A DNA stretch of 64,000 nt from Neoechinorhynchus agilis (taxonomy: Eukaryota > Animalia > Acanthocephala): contig CM121343.1 in assembly GCA_051530055.1 (NCBI GenBank), positions 7,752,044-7,816,043 on the forward strand, in the 5' to 3' direction. A program made the translations under genes and the position numbers. Of the stretch, positions 48,735 through 62,300 are shown in pieces. The notes under the pieces were generated by a model. It worked only from the letters and a program-made list of their open reading frames with translations. It did not search any database and had not been told where the DNA came from. The stretch's first letter is position 1, and each line of letters opens with the position of its first letter.

Positions 48735-49124
48735 TCACTCAAGTAACCTTTGGCGCTTACATCCATTCGGGAAACATCCAGAGGACGTCGTACAGGGCTC
48801 GTCGTGGCCTGTTAAAGTTTGTTCGGGCTTTCGTATTATGAACACGGCCTGATGGATGACGGAGTCATCGTCGATGTCGAGTACAATGAGGCCCTTTTTG
48901 CTGTGGAATCTTATAATTCCTTTCATCACTTTCACATCTTCCCAATCTTCAAGCATCGCTTCAGTTTGCGTTGACTTACTCTAATATCTGGAAGAAATGA
49001 TTTTTAGATTCTGCTTATTTTCCAATACCTTTTTTTCACTGATTTGCAATGATGAAGCGTCGGTTTTGGAGTCGTCCGTCACTGTTTTATCACTTTTACT
49101 CCTTAGTCTTTTTCTATAGCTCAT
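48735..49124 (-). CDS. Putative small two-exon gene (~113 aa), unknown product
   Basis: MSYRKRLRSK...SEKK joins in frame across a 48-nt GT-AG intron to SKSTQTEAMLEDWEDV...RQRLLE*. Confidence 0.35.
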
Positions 49125-49769
49125 CTAGAGAATTGGTTAGCTTGTATTGTAAAAGCACAAAAGTATTAATCTTGCAAGCGTTTCCAGGGGATACACAAGT
49201 AATCCACGAAGGAAAATGATTACTCGCTCATTTTGGCTTGTTTACGAATCTGAGAGTAATGATAAAGTAAAACAAGAGACAAAGGTAACGTGACCATTGG
49301 TAAACAAATTAAAAGCATGAGATTGAAGGTAGTTCGAAAAAACTCAATCAATGCGAACTTGAGAAAACCGGCACATGGCATCATAAATTTTATTAGTGCG
49401 CTGCCTGAAATTTTTTTGCGAATTTTACATTCTTTCGTGAAAGTATATTTCGATAATGACTCCAATCGATGGAGCGTGGAATTTTTACTACCAAGGTTGT
49501 GCCCGAGCCCCAGGTCGGTGTAGAAAAGGAATAGCAAGCTGTAATTGGATGCACTTATTGATTTTGGATGCTTTATTCAACTTTTATACACGCTTCCAAT
49601 AACGATGGACATTATGACGAACACTCGTGTATCATCATGCTTGAAGCGATAAATCTACATTATCAATATTGCAGCCATGTATTTATCATCACATAGCCTC
49701 ACACTGTTTTTAGTTCCCATACACTCAGGGCCTTAGGACATCTTCTTTTGAGCCTTTCGGCTACTTATC

Positions 49770-49965
49770 TTTTGGGAGCCTCTTGGCTAACTCACACACA
49801 TCGGAGGCGCTCAACCCCATTCAAGGGACAGGATCAACCCTCTTTTGGGGCCGATGGGCGATCTCAAACCTGACCCCAACCCTTCCAGCAGCCTCGCACA
49901 ACACCCGTGGAACCCAGCGACCAATCGAGCGCATTTTGAACGCGCACACCACTCGGCCTGCGGCC
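49770..49965 (-). mobile_element. Possible second SINE-like or RTE-5'-like GC-rich repeat
   Basis: A-box-like GGCCGAGTGGT near the start and GGAAGGGTTGGG further in. Only one copy occurs in the window. Confidence 0.3.
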
Positions 49966-50049
49966 ATGTAACGCACATTAATGTTGAACGTTTAAGTTGT
50001 TTTCCATTTTCGTTTTTTAGTTAAAAAAAGCCTTACAACAGGAATCGCG

Positions 50050-51955
50050 AGAAATGGTATCATCATAGGACTCAGTGTCCAGCACGAAATGCGGTCTGTC
50101 ATTATTGCAATAGGAACGGTCATTTTCAAGCTGTATGCGAGGTAAAGCTGCGAAGTAAAGGAAAACCCATAGTGTCGACCATCACCTCAAGTGCTATAAA
50201 AGGATATGATTCTGAACTCAAGGACTCAATCGTAGATATAGAACTCGAAGGGTATGCATCGAAGGCACTCGTAGACAGCGGAAGCACAACCAACTTCATT
50301 GATTCTGATTTAGGACGGCAGATCAACGCAAAGACAGAAACATGTTCAAAAAAAGTTGTAATGGCAGACATCGATAGAATAATGGATAGTTCATCTCGCT
50401 GTAATCTTAATATCATCATAAACGGGCAAACATATGCGAACATAGAATTCAACGAGTTATCCAGGTTGTGTTGTCCGATCATTCTTGTTTGGACCTTTTT
50501 AAGGAAACATTCGAAAGTATCATTCCGATTGGGAAGACAAACAAAGAAGATCGAATTTACAAATGCGGAACATGGAAGCCATTGACAACGCCAACTAGAC
50601 GACAGCCCCTTCACATACGAATATTTGTTGACTGTGAGTTAAAGCGGATGCTAGAGGACGAAATCATTGAAAATGGTCGCTCACCTTGGAGAGCGCAAGT
50701 GCTTACTATTGAAAAGGAAGGTAAAAGACGACTCGTCATTGATTACTCAAAAGCTGCTAACCGTTATACGACGCTGGACGTTTATCCGCCGCCGAGGATA
50801 GGTGATCTCATTGATCAGATACCAAAGTTTACAGTTTTTTCCAAGATTGACTTAAAGTCAGCCTACCACCAACTGGGAATTCTGAAGAAAGGAAAATGCT
50901 TTACAGCTTTCGAGGCTAATGGTAGATTGTACCAATTTCGATGGATTCCCTTCGGTATTACTAAATGGGGTAGCTAGCTGTCTTTCAACGTGCAATCGAT
51001 GATATTATCCAGAAAGAAAACCTCCTCGGGACTTATTTGGACGATGTTATCATCGGAGGAATCAATCAAGTCGATTACGATGAAAAACTCACCAAATTCT
51101 AGACCGTAGCTCAAAAGTTGCGAATTGCACTGAACAAGGGTAAGAGTGTTTATGGAATTTGCAAGATACGCATTTTGGGCCATGAAATCGAGAACGGACA
51201 AAAACGTCCCGATCCGGAAAGAGTGACGGTTCTGCAAGATCGTAAAGGGTCACAGAATGCGTATGAGTTAAGGTGAATCGTTGGATTATTTTCCCACTAC
51301 GCGAAATGGATCAAGAACTTTTCTGCTCAGATGCAACCCCTCGTTAGGGTGGAAACCTTTCCAACCGAAGAAATTCAAGTGAAGTCATTTGACGCGCTGT
51401 GCACTTATATTATAAAGTCCACGTTAACGACTATAGATTTTTTAGAGACGTTCACCGTCGAAACTGATGCTTCGGAATCGGCCATCTATGCAGTTTTGAG
51501 TCAAGATGGATGCCCGGTAGCATTTTTGTCTCGATCTCTAAACAAAAGTGAGTCCAATCAATCATCGGTTGAAAAAGAAGCTTTGGCTATTGTCCAATCA
51601 CTCAAATTTTGGCGTCATTATTTATCAGGACGAGTATTCACAATAATCACAGATCAATGTTCAATCTCATTCGTATTCGATTGCCAGCATTGTAGCAAAA
51701 TAAAGAGCGAAAAGGTTATCGAGATATGTACGTGCTTCAGGAAAGCTTTATGTCATCCGGGAATAACTCCACTTTATCGATACGTGCAAGATCACAGTCT
51801 GCCATACTCCGTCGAAGATGTACTTTCGATTGTGACGAAATGTGAAATTTGCTCACAACTGAAGCCGACCTTTTTCTAGAGCAATGTTGGCCCTCTGGTT
51901 CAAGCAAGGCGACCTTTCGAGCGCATTTCGATAGACTTTAAGGGTCCTGTGCCTA
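50050..51955 (+). mobile_element. Decayed Ty3/Gypsy element (gag knuckle, protease, RT, RNase H, integrase start)
   Basis: CHYCNRNGHFQAVC, ALVDSGSTTNFI, SPWRAQV, KIDLKSAYHQL, YLDDVII, TDASESAI, EKEALAI, LCHPGI...CEIC, ISIDFKGP. Multiple frameshifts. It ends where the satellite begins. Confidence 0.92.
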
Positions 51956-51984
51956 TGCGAATCGGGGCCAATGTGGACGCTTGT

Positions 51985-54900
51985 AGTATTTTTATTGAAC
52001 ATTCACACACGCTTTACTAAATGTTAAGATCGACAAAACCGCAAAAACAGTCAATGCAGGTTAGATCAGCTTTAAAATTAGATCTAGAAAAGTTAATTTG
52101 ATCTGAAATTTATTGACGTTTTGATATCTTTAATCAAGGTTATTGATCTCAAAATTGAACAACGAATAACTCAAGAACGGTGGCAGCTATCGACAATATG
52201 AAAACAGGTTTGTAATCAGCGCGTCAAGACAAACTATTTGATCATAATCCATAAACGACAGCTATATCATTAATGTCAGAAAACCGCATTGTTATATTTC
52301 GTCGCAAGTCATAACAGTAAAAGATCACTAAATTTGCAAGATATACTAAAATTGGATAATACCATTGAAATCAGCGCATCAGGTATGCTCAAAATATTTT
52401 ATAAAATCTAACCCGCGTCTTCGCACTACGGATTAAATTCAGGTGTCTTTTAAGAACATCAACCTTACAAACCAAATGTTAAGATTGACAAAAACATTAA
52501 ACGCAGGTGAAATAAGCTATAAATGCAGATCTAGAAAAAGTAGATCTAGAAAAGTTAATTTAATCTTAAAATGTAACAACAAATAACGCAAGAACCATGA
52601 TAGCTATCGCAAATCCGAAAACAGATTTGGAATCAGCGCGTTAAGATGTACTAAATTAGCTGATTCCGTACACTACAGCTGTAATATTCGCATCGGAAAT
52701 CGCATTATCATATTTTGCCAATATTCACAGGAGGGAAACATCACTAAATTTGCAACAATCATTAAAATCAGATAATACCATTGAAATCAGCGCATCAGAT
52801 ATGCTCAAAATGTTTTTTCATTTCGTAACAAGTTTCGAGCACCACAGATTTAATTCAGGTGTCTTTTATCAACTTCAATCCTTAAACAAAGTTTCAAAAC
52901 TTAACAAGTTACATCAAACCGTAACTGCAGGTGAATTCAGCGTCCAAGGTAGATCTAGAAAAGTTAATTTGATCTTAAATTGATTGATGTTTTAATATCA
53001 ATAATCAAGGTAGTTGGTCCCAAAATGTAACAACAAATAACTCAAGAACCATGATAGCTATCGCAAATGCGAAAACAGATTTGGAATCAGCGCGTTAAGA
53101 TGTACTAAATTAGCTGACTCCGTACACTACAGCTGCAATATTCGCATCGGAAATCGCATTGTCATATTTTGCCAATATTCATAAGAGTGAAAGATCACTA
53201 AGTTTGCCAGACTCGTTAAAATCAGATAACACCATTGAAATCAGCGCATTAGATATGCTCAAAATGTTTTTTCATTTCGTAACAACTTTCGAGCACCACA
53301 GATTTAATTCAGGTGTCTTTTATCAACTTCAATCCCAAAACTAAGTATCAAAATTTTACAAGCAACATCAAACCATTATTGCAGGTGAATTCAGCGTCAA
53401 AAGTAGATCTAGAAAAGTTAATTTGATCTTAAATTGATTGATGTTTTAATGTCAATAATCAATGTAGTTGGTCTCAAAATGTAACAACAAATAACTCAAG
53501 ATCCATGATAGCTATCGAAAATCCGAAAACAGATTTGGAATCAGCGCGTTAAGATGTACTAAATTAGCTGATTCCCTGCACTACAACCGTAATATTCGCA
53601 TCGGAAATCGCATTATCATATTTTGCCAATATTCACAAGATGGAAAAATAACTAAATTTTCAAGAATCATTAAAATCAGATAACACCATTGAAATCAGCG
53701 CATTAGATATGCTCAAAATGTTTTACTATTTCGTAACAACTTTCGAGCAGAACAGATTTAACTGAGGTGTCTTTTATGAACCTCAATCCTAAAACTAAGT
53801 GTCAAAATTTAACAAGCAACATCAAACCGTTATTGCAGGTTAATTCAGCGTCAAAAGTAGATCTAGAAAAGTTAATTTTATCTTAAATTGATTGATGTTT
53901 TAATATCAATAATCAAGGTAGTTGGTCTCAAAATGTAACAACAAATAACTCAAGAACCATGATAGCTATCGCAAATCCGAAAACAGATTTGGAATCAGCG
54001 CGTTAAGATGTACTAAACTAGCAGATTCCATACACTACAGCCGTAATATTCGCATCGGAAATCGCATTATCATATTTTGCCAATATTATCAAGAGGGAAA
54101 AATCACTAAATTTGCATGAATCATTAAAATCAGATAACACCATTGAAATCAGCGCATTAGATATGCTCAAAATGTTTTTGTATTTCGTAACAACTTTCGA
54201 GCAGAACAGATTAAACTGAGGTGTCTTTTATGAACTTATATCCTAAAACTAAGTGTCGAAATTTAACAAGCAACATCAAACCGCTATTGCAAGTGAATTC
54301 AGCGCCAAAAGTAGATCTAGAAAAGTTAATTTGATCTTAAATTGATTGATGTTTTAATATCAATAATCAAGGTAGTTGGTCTCAAAATGTAACAATAAAT
54401 CACTCAAGAACCATGATAGCTATCGAGAATCCGAAAACAGATTTGGAATCAGCGCGTTAAGATGTACTAAATTAGCTGATAGCGTACACTACAGCCTTAA
54501 TATTCGCATTGGAAATCGCATTATCATATTTTGCCAATATTCACATGAGGGAAAAATAACTAAATTTGCATGAATCATTAAAATCAGATAACACCATTAA
54601 AATCAGCGATTTAGATATGCTCAAAATGTTTTACTATTTCGTAACTACTTTCGAGCACAACAGATTTAACTGAGGTGTCTTTTATGAACTTCAATCCTAA
54701 AACTAAGTGTCGAAATTTAACAAGTAACATCAAACCGTTATTGCAGGTGAATTCAGCGTCAAAAGTAGATCTAGAAAAGTTAATTTGATCTTAAATTGAT
54801 TGATGTTTTAATATCAATAATCAATGTAGTTGGTCTCAAAATGTAACAATAAATAACTCAAGAACCATGATAGCTATCGAGAATCCGAAAACAGATATGG

Positions 54901-57900
54901 AATCAGCGCTTTAAGGTGTACTTCATCAGCTGATTCCGTACACTACAGCCGTAATATTCGCATCGGAAATCGCATTATCATATTTTGCCAATATTCACAT
55001 GAGGGAAAAATAACTAAATTTGCATGAATCATTAAAATCAGATAACACCATTAAAATCAGCGATTTAGATATGCTCAAAATGTTTTACTATTTCGTAACT
55101 ACTTTCGAGCACAACAGATTAAACTTAGGTGTCTTTTATGAACTTCAATCCTAAAACTAAGTGTCGAAATTTAACAAGCAACATCAAACCGCTATTGCAA
55201 GTGAATTCAGCGTCAAAAGTAGATCTAGAAAAGTTAATTTGATCTTAAATTGATTGACGTTTTAATATCAATAATCAAGGTAGTTGTTCTCAAAATGTAA
55301 CAATAAATAACTAAAGAACCATGATAGCTATCGAGAATCCGAAAACAGATTTGGAATCAGCGCGTTAAGATGTACTTCATTAGCTGATTCCTTACACTAC
55401 AGCCGTAATATTCGCATTGGAAATCGCATTATCATATTTTGCCAAAATTCACAAGAGGGAAAAATCACTAAATTTGCATGAATCATTAAAATCAGATAAC
55501 ACCATGAAAATCAGCGATTTTGATATGCTCAAAATGTTTTACTATTTCGTAACTACTTTCGAGCACAACAGATTTAACTTAGGTGTCTTTTATGAACTTC
55601 AATCCTAAAACTAAGTGTCGAAATTTAACAAGCAACATCAAACCGTTATTGCAGGTGAATTCAGCGTCAAAAGTAGATCTAGAATAGTTAATTTGATCTT
55701 AAATTGATTGATGTTTTAATATCAATAATCAAGGTAGCTGGTCTCAAAATGTAACAACAAATGACTCAAGAACCATGATAGCTATCGAAAATCCGAAAAC
55801 AGATTTTGAATCAGCGCTTTAAGATGTACTAAATTAGCTGATTTCGTACACTACAGCCGTAATATTCGCATCGAAAATCGCATTATCATATTTTGCCAAT
55901 ATTCACAAGAAGGAAACATCACTAAATTTGCAAGAATCATTTAAATTAGATAACACCATTGAAATCAGCGAATTAGATATCCTCAAAATGTTTTTGTATT
56001 TCGTAACAACTTTCGAGCATAACAGATTTAACTGAGGTGTCTTTTATGAACTTCAATCCTAAAACTAAGTGTCAAAATTTAACAAGCAACATCAAACAGT
56101 TATAGCAGGTGAATTCAGCGTCAAAAGTAGATCTAGAAAAGTTAATTTGATCTTAAATTGATTGATGTTTTAATATCAATAATCAAGGTAGCTGGTCTCA
56201 AAATGTAACAACAAATAACTCAAGAACCATGATAGCTATCGAGAATCCGAAAACAGATTTGGAATCAGCGCGTTAAGATGTATTAAAATCAGATAACACC
56301 ATTGAAATCAGCGCATTAGATATGTTCGAAATGTTTTTGTATTTCGTAACAACTTTCGAGCAGAACAGATTTAACTGAGGTGTCCTTTATGAACTTCAAT
56401 CCTAAAACTAAGTGTCGAAATTTAACAAGCAACATCAAACCGTTATTGCAGGTGAATTCAGCGTCAAAAGTAGATCTAGATAAGTTAATTTGATCTTAAA
56501 TTGATTGATGTTTTAATATCAATAATCAAGGTAGTTAGTCTCAAAATGTAACAACAAATAACTCAAGATCCATGATAGCTATCGCAAATCCGAAAACAGA
56601 TTTGGAATCAGCGCGTTAAGATATACTTCATTAGCTGACTCCGTACACTACAGCCGTAATATTCGCATTGGAAATCGCATTATCATATTTTGCCAATATT
56701 CACAAGAGGGAAAAATCACTAAATTTGCATGAATCATTAAAATCAGATAACACCATGAAAATCAGCGATTTAGATATGCTCAAAATGTTTTACTATTTCG
56801 TAACTACTTTCGAGCACAACAGATTTAACTAAGGGGCATTTTATGAACTTCAATCCTAAAACTAAGTGTCGAAATTTAACAAGCAACATCAAACCGTTAT
56901 TTCAGGTGAATTCAGCTTCAAAAGTAGATTTAGAAAAGTTAATTATATCTTAAATTGATTGATTTTTTAATATCAATAATCAAGGTAGTTGGTCTCAAAA
57001 TGTAACAATAAATAACTCAAGAACCATGAAAGCTATCGAGAATCCGAAAACAGATTTGGAATCAGCGCGTTAAGATGTACTTAATTAGCTGATTCCGTAC
57101 ACTACAGCCGTAATATTCGCATTGGAAATCGCATTATCATATTTTGCCAATATTCACAAGAGGGAAAAATCACTAAATTTGCATGAATCATTTTAATCAG
57201 ATAACACCATTGAAATCAGCGATTTAGATATGCTCAAAATGTTTTACTATTTCGTAACTACTTTCGAGCACAACAGATTTAACTAAGGGGCATTTTATGA
57301 ACTTCAATCCAAAAACTAAGTGTCGAAATTTAACAAGCAACATCAAACCGTTATTGCAGGTGAATTCAGCGTCAAAAGTAGATCTAGAATAGTTAATTTG
57401 ATCTTAAATTGATTGATGTTTTAATATCAATAATCAAGGTAGTTGTTCTCAAAATGTAACAATAAATAACTCAAGAACCATGATAGCTATCGAGAATCCG
57501 AAAACAGATTTGGAATCAGCGCGTTAAGATGTACTTCATTAGCTGATTCCGTACACTACAGCCGTAATATTCGCATTGGAAATCGCATTATCATATTTTG
57601 CAAATATTCACAAGAGGGAAAAATCACTAAATTTTCATGAATCATTAAAATGAGATAACACCATTAAAATCAGCGATTACGATATGCTCAAAATGTTTTA
57701 CTATTTCGTAACTACTTTAAAGCACAACAGATTTAACTGAGGTGTCTTTTATGAACTCCAATCCTAAAACTAAGTGTCGAAATTTAACAAGCAACATCAA
57801 ACCGTTATTGCAGGTGAATTCAGCGTCAAAAGTAGATCTAGAAAAGTTCATTTGATCTTAAATTGATTGATGTTTTAATATCAATAATCAAGGTAGTTGG

Positions 57901-60900
57901 TCTAAAAATGTAACAACAAATAACTCAAGAACCATGATAGCTATCAAGAATCCGAAAACAGATTTGGAATCAGCGCGTTAAGATGTACTAAATTAGCTGA
58001 TTCCGTACACTACAGCCGTAATATTCGCATCGGAAATCGCATTATCATATTTTGCCAATATTCACAAGAGGGAAAATCACTAAATTTGCAAGAATCATTA
58101 AAATCAGATAACACCATTGAAATCAGCGCATTAGATATGCTCCAAATGTTTTACTATTTCGTAACTACTTTCAAGCACAACAGATTTAACTTAGCTGTCT
58201 TTTATGAACTTCAATCCAAAAACTAAGTGTCAAAATTTAACAAGCAACATCAAACCGTTATTGCAGGTGAATTCAGCGTCAAAAGTAGATCTAGAAAAGT
58301 TAATTATATCTTAAATTGATTGATGTTTTCATATCAATAATCAAGGTAGTTGGTCTCAAAATGTTACAACAAATGACTCAAGAACCATGACAGCTATCGA
58401 GAATCCGAAAACAGATTTGGAATCAGCGCGTTAAGATGTACTAAATCAGCTGATTCCGTACACTACAGCCGTAATATTCGCATCGGAAATCGCATTATCA
58501 TATTTTACCAATATTCACAAGAACGAAAAATCACTAAATTTGCAAGAATCATTAAATACAGATAACACCATTGAAATCAGCGCATTAGATATGCTCAAAA
58601 TGTTTTACTATTTTGTAACCACTTTCGAGCACAAATGATTTAACTTAGGTGTCTTTTATGAACTCCAATCCTAAAACTAAGTGTCGAAATTGAACAAGCA
58701 ACATCAAACCGTTATTGCAGGTGAATTCAGCGTCAAAAGTAGATCTAGAAAAGTTAATTTTATCTTAAATTTATTGATGTTTTAATATCAATAATCAAGG
58801 TAGTTGGTCTCAAAATGTAACAATAAATAACTCAAGATCCATGATAGCTATCGCGTATCCGAAAACAGATTTCGAATCAGCACGTTAAGATGTACTTCAT
58901 TAGCTGATTCCGTACACTACAGCCGTAATATTCGCATCGGAAATCGCATTATCATATTTTGCCAATATTCACAAGAGGGAAAAATCACTAAATTTGCAAG
59001 AATCATTAAAATCAGATAACACCATTGAAATCAGCGAATTAGATATCCTCAAAATGTTTTTGTATTTCGTAACAACTTTCGAGCATAACAGATTTAACTG
59101 AGGTGTCTTTTATGAACTTCAATCCTAAAACTAAGTGTCAAAATTTAACAAGCAACATCAAACCGTTATTGCAGGTGAATTCAGCGTCAAAAGTAGATCT
59201 AGAAAAGTTAATTTGATCTTAAATTGATTGATGTTTTAATATCAATAATCAAGGTAGCTGGTCTCAAAATGTAACAACAAATAACTCAAGAACCATGATA
59301 GCTATCGAGAATCCGAAAACAGATTTGGAATCAGCGCGTTAAGATGTATTAAAATCAGATAACACCATTGAAATCAGCGCATTAGATATGTTCAAAATGT
59401 TTTTGTATTTCGTAACAACTTTCGAGCAGAACAGATTTAACTGAGGTGTCTTTTATGAACTTCAATCCTAAAACTAAGTGTCGAAATTTAACAAGCAACA
59501 TCAAACCGTTATTGCAGGTGAATTCAGCGTCAAAAGTAGATCTAGAAAAGTTCATTTGATCTTAAATTGATTGATGTTTTAATATCAATAATCAAGGTAG
59601 TTGGTCTCGAAATGTAACAACAAATAACTCAAGAACCATGAGAGCTATCGAAAATCCGAAAACAGATTTGTAATCAGCGCGCTAAGATGTACTAAATTAG
59701 CTGATTCCGTAAACTACAGCCGTAATATTCGCTTCGGAAATCGCATTATCATATTTTGCCAATATTCACAAGAGGGAAAAATCACAAAATTTGCAAGAAT
59801 CATTAAAATCAGATAACACCATTGAAATCAGCGAATTAGATATGCTCAAAATGTTTTTGTATTTCGTAACAACTTTCGAGCACCACAGATTTAACTGAGG
59901 TGCCTTTTATGAACTTCAATCCTAAAACTAAGTGTCAAAATTTAACAAGCAACATCAAACCGTTATTGCACGTGAATTAAGCGTCAAAAGTAGATCTAGA
60001 AAAGTTAATTTGATCTAAAATTGATTGATGTTTTAATATAAATAATCAAGGTAGTTGGTCTCAAAATGTAACAACAAATAACTCAAGAACGATGAGAGCT
60101 ATCGAAAATCCGAAAACAGATTTGTAATCAGCGCGTTAAGATGTACTAAATTAGCTGATTCCGTACACTAATGCCGTAATATTCGCATCGGAAATCGCAT
60201 TATCATATTTTGCCAATATTCACAAGAGGGAAAAATCACTAAATTTGCAAGAATCATTAAAAGCAGATAACACTATTAAAATCAGCGCATTAGATATGCT
60301 CAAAATGTTTTACCATTTCGTAACTACTTACGAGCACAACAGATTTAACTTAGGTGTCTTTTATGAACCTCAATCCTAAAACTAAGTGTCAAAATTTAAC
60401 AAGCAACATCAAACCGTTATTGCAGGTGAATTCAGCGTCAAAAGTAGATATAGAAAAGTTAATTTTATCTTGGAATTGATTGATGTTTTAATATCAATAA
60501 TCAAGGTAGTTGGTCTCAAAATGTAACAACAACAAATCAAGATCCATGACAGCCATCGAGAATCCGAAAACAGATTTGGAATCAGCGCGTTAAGATGTAC
60601 TAAATTAGCTGATTCCGTACACTACAACCGTAATATTCGCATCGGAAATCGCATTATCATATTTTGCCAATATTCACAAGAGGGAAAAATCACTAAATTT
60701 GCAAGAATCATTAAAATCAGATAACACCATTGAAATCAGCGCATTAGATATGCTCAAAATGTTTTACTATTTCGTAACTACTTTCGAGCACAACAGATTT
60801 TACTTAGCTGTCTTTTATGAACTTCAATCCTAAAACTAAGTGTCAAAATTTAACAAGCAACATCAAACCGTTATTGCAGGTGAATTCAGCGTCAAAAGTA

Positions 60901-62300
60901 GATCTAGAAAAGTTAATTATATCTTAAATTGATTGATTTTTTAATATCAATAATCAAGGTAGTTGGTTTCAAAATGTAACAACAAATAACTCAAGAACCA
61001 TGATAGCTATCGAGAATCCAAAAACAGATTTGGAATCAGCGCGTTAAGATGTACTAAATTAGCTGATTCCGTACACTACAGCCGTAATATTCGCATCGGA
61101 AATCGCATTATCATATTTTGCCAATATTCACAAGAGGAAAAAATCACTAAATTTGCAAGAATCATTAAAATCAGATAACACCATTGAAATCAGCGCATTA
61201 GATATGCTCAAAATGTTTTACTATTTCGTAACTACTTTCGAGCACAACAGATTTAACTTAGGTGTCTTTTATGAACTTCAATCCTAAAACTAAGTGTCGA
61301 AATTTAACAAGTAACATCAAACCGTTATTGCAGGTGAATTCAGCGTCAAAAGTAGATCTAGAAAAGTTAATTTGATCTTAAATTGATTGATGTTTTAATA
61401 TCAATAATCAAGGTAGTTGGTCTCAAAATGTAACAATAAATAACTCAAGAACCATGATAGCTATCGAGAATCCGAAAACAGATTTGGAATCAGCGCGTTA
61501 AGATGTACTTAATTAGCTGATTCCGTACACTACAGCCGTAATATTCGCATCGGAAATCGCATTATCATATTTTGCCAATATTCACAAGAGGGAAAAATCA
61601 CTAAATTTGAATGAATCATTTAAATTAGATAACACCATTGAAATCAGCTCATTAGATATGCTCAAAATGTTTTTGTATTTAGTAACAACTTTCGAGCAGA
61701 ACAGATTTAACTGAGGTGTCTTTTATGAACTTCAATCCTAAAACTAAGTGTCAAAATTTAACACGCAACATCAAATCGTTATTGCAGGTGAATTCAGCGC
61801 CAAAAGCAGGTCTAGAAAAGTTAATTTTATCTTAAATTGATTGATGTTTTAATATCAATAATCAAGGTAGTTGGTCTCAAAATGTAACAACAAATAACTC
61901 AAGAACCATGATAGCTATCGAGAATCCGAAAACAGATTTGGAATCAGCGCTGTAAGATGTACTTCATTAGCTTATTCCGTACACTACAGCCGTAATATTC
62001 GCATCGGAAATTGCATTATCATATTTTGCCAATATTCACAAGAGGTAAAAATCGCTAAATTTGCAAGAATCATTAAAATAAGATAACACCATTGAAATCA
62101 GCGCATTAGATATGCTCAAATTGTTTTTGTATTTCGTAACAACTTTCGAGCAGAACAGATTTAACTGAGGTGTCTTTTATGAACTTCAATCCTAAAACTA
62201 AGTGTCAAAATTTAACAAGCAACATCAAACCGTTATTGCAAGTGAATTCAGCGTCAAAAGTAGATCTAGAAAAGTTATATTTATCTTAAATTGATTGATG
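51985..62300 (+). repeat. Tandem satellite array, 454-bp monomer, about 23 units
   Basis: A landmark recurs at 52599, 53053, 53507, 53961 ... 61456, 61910 (454-bp steps, one of 453). Two 343-bp units start at 56231 and 59297. The first unit is degenerate. Confidence 0.97.

Noticed and set aside
53960-54080. Hammerhead within the 454-bp satellite (CTGATTCCG...CGGAAA), by analogy with ribozyme-bearing satellites
   Set aside because: The core reads CTGATTC, not CUGANGA, and no helix I/III with a UH site can be formed on either strand.
52750-55608. ORFs of 61-77 aa inside the 454-bp array (52750, 53159, 54376, 55417)
   Set aside because: They are chance open frames in satellite monomers, use non-ATG starts, and are broken by stops in most other copies.
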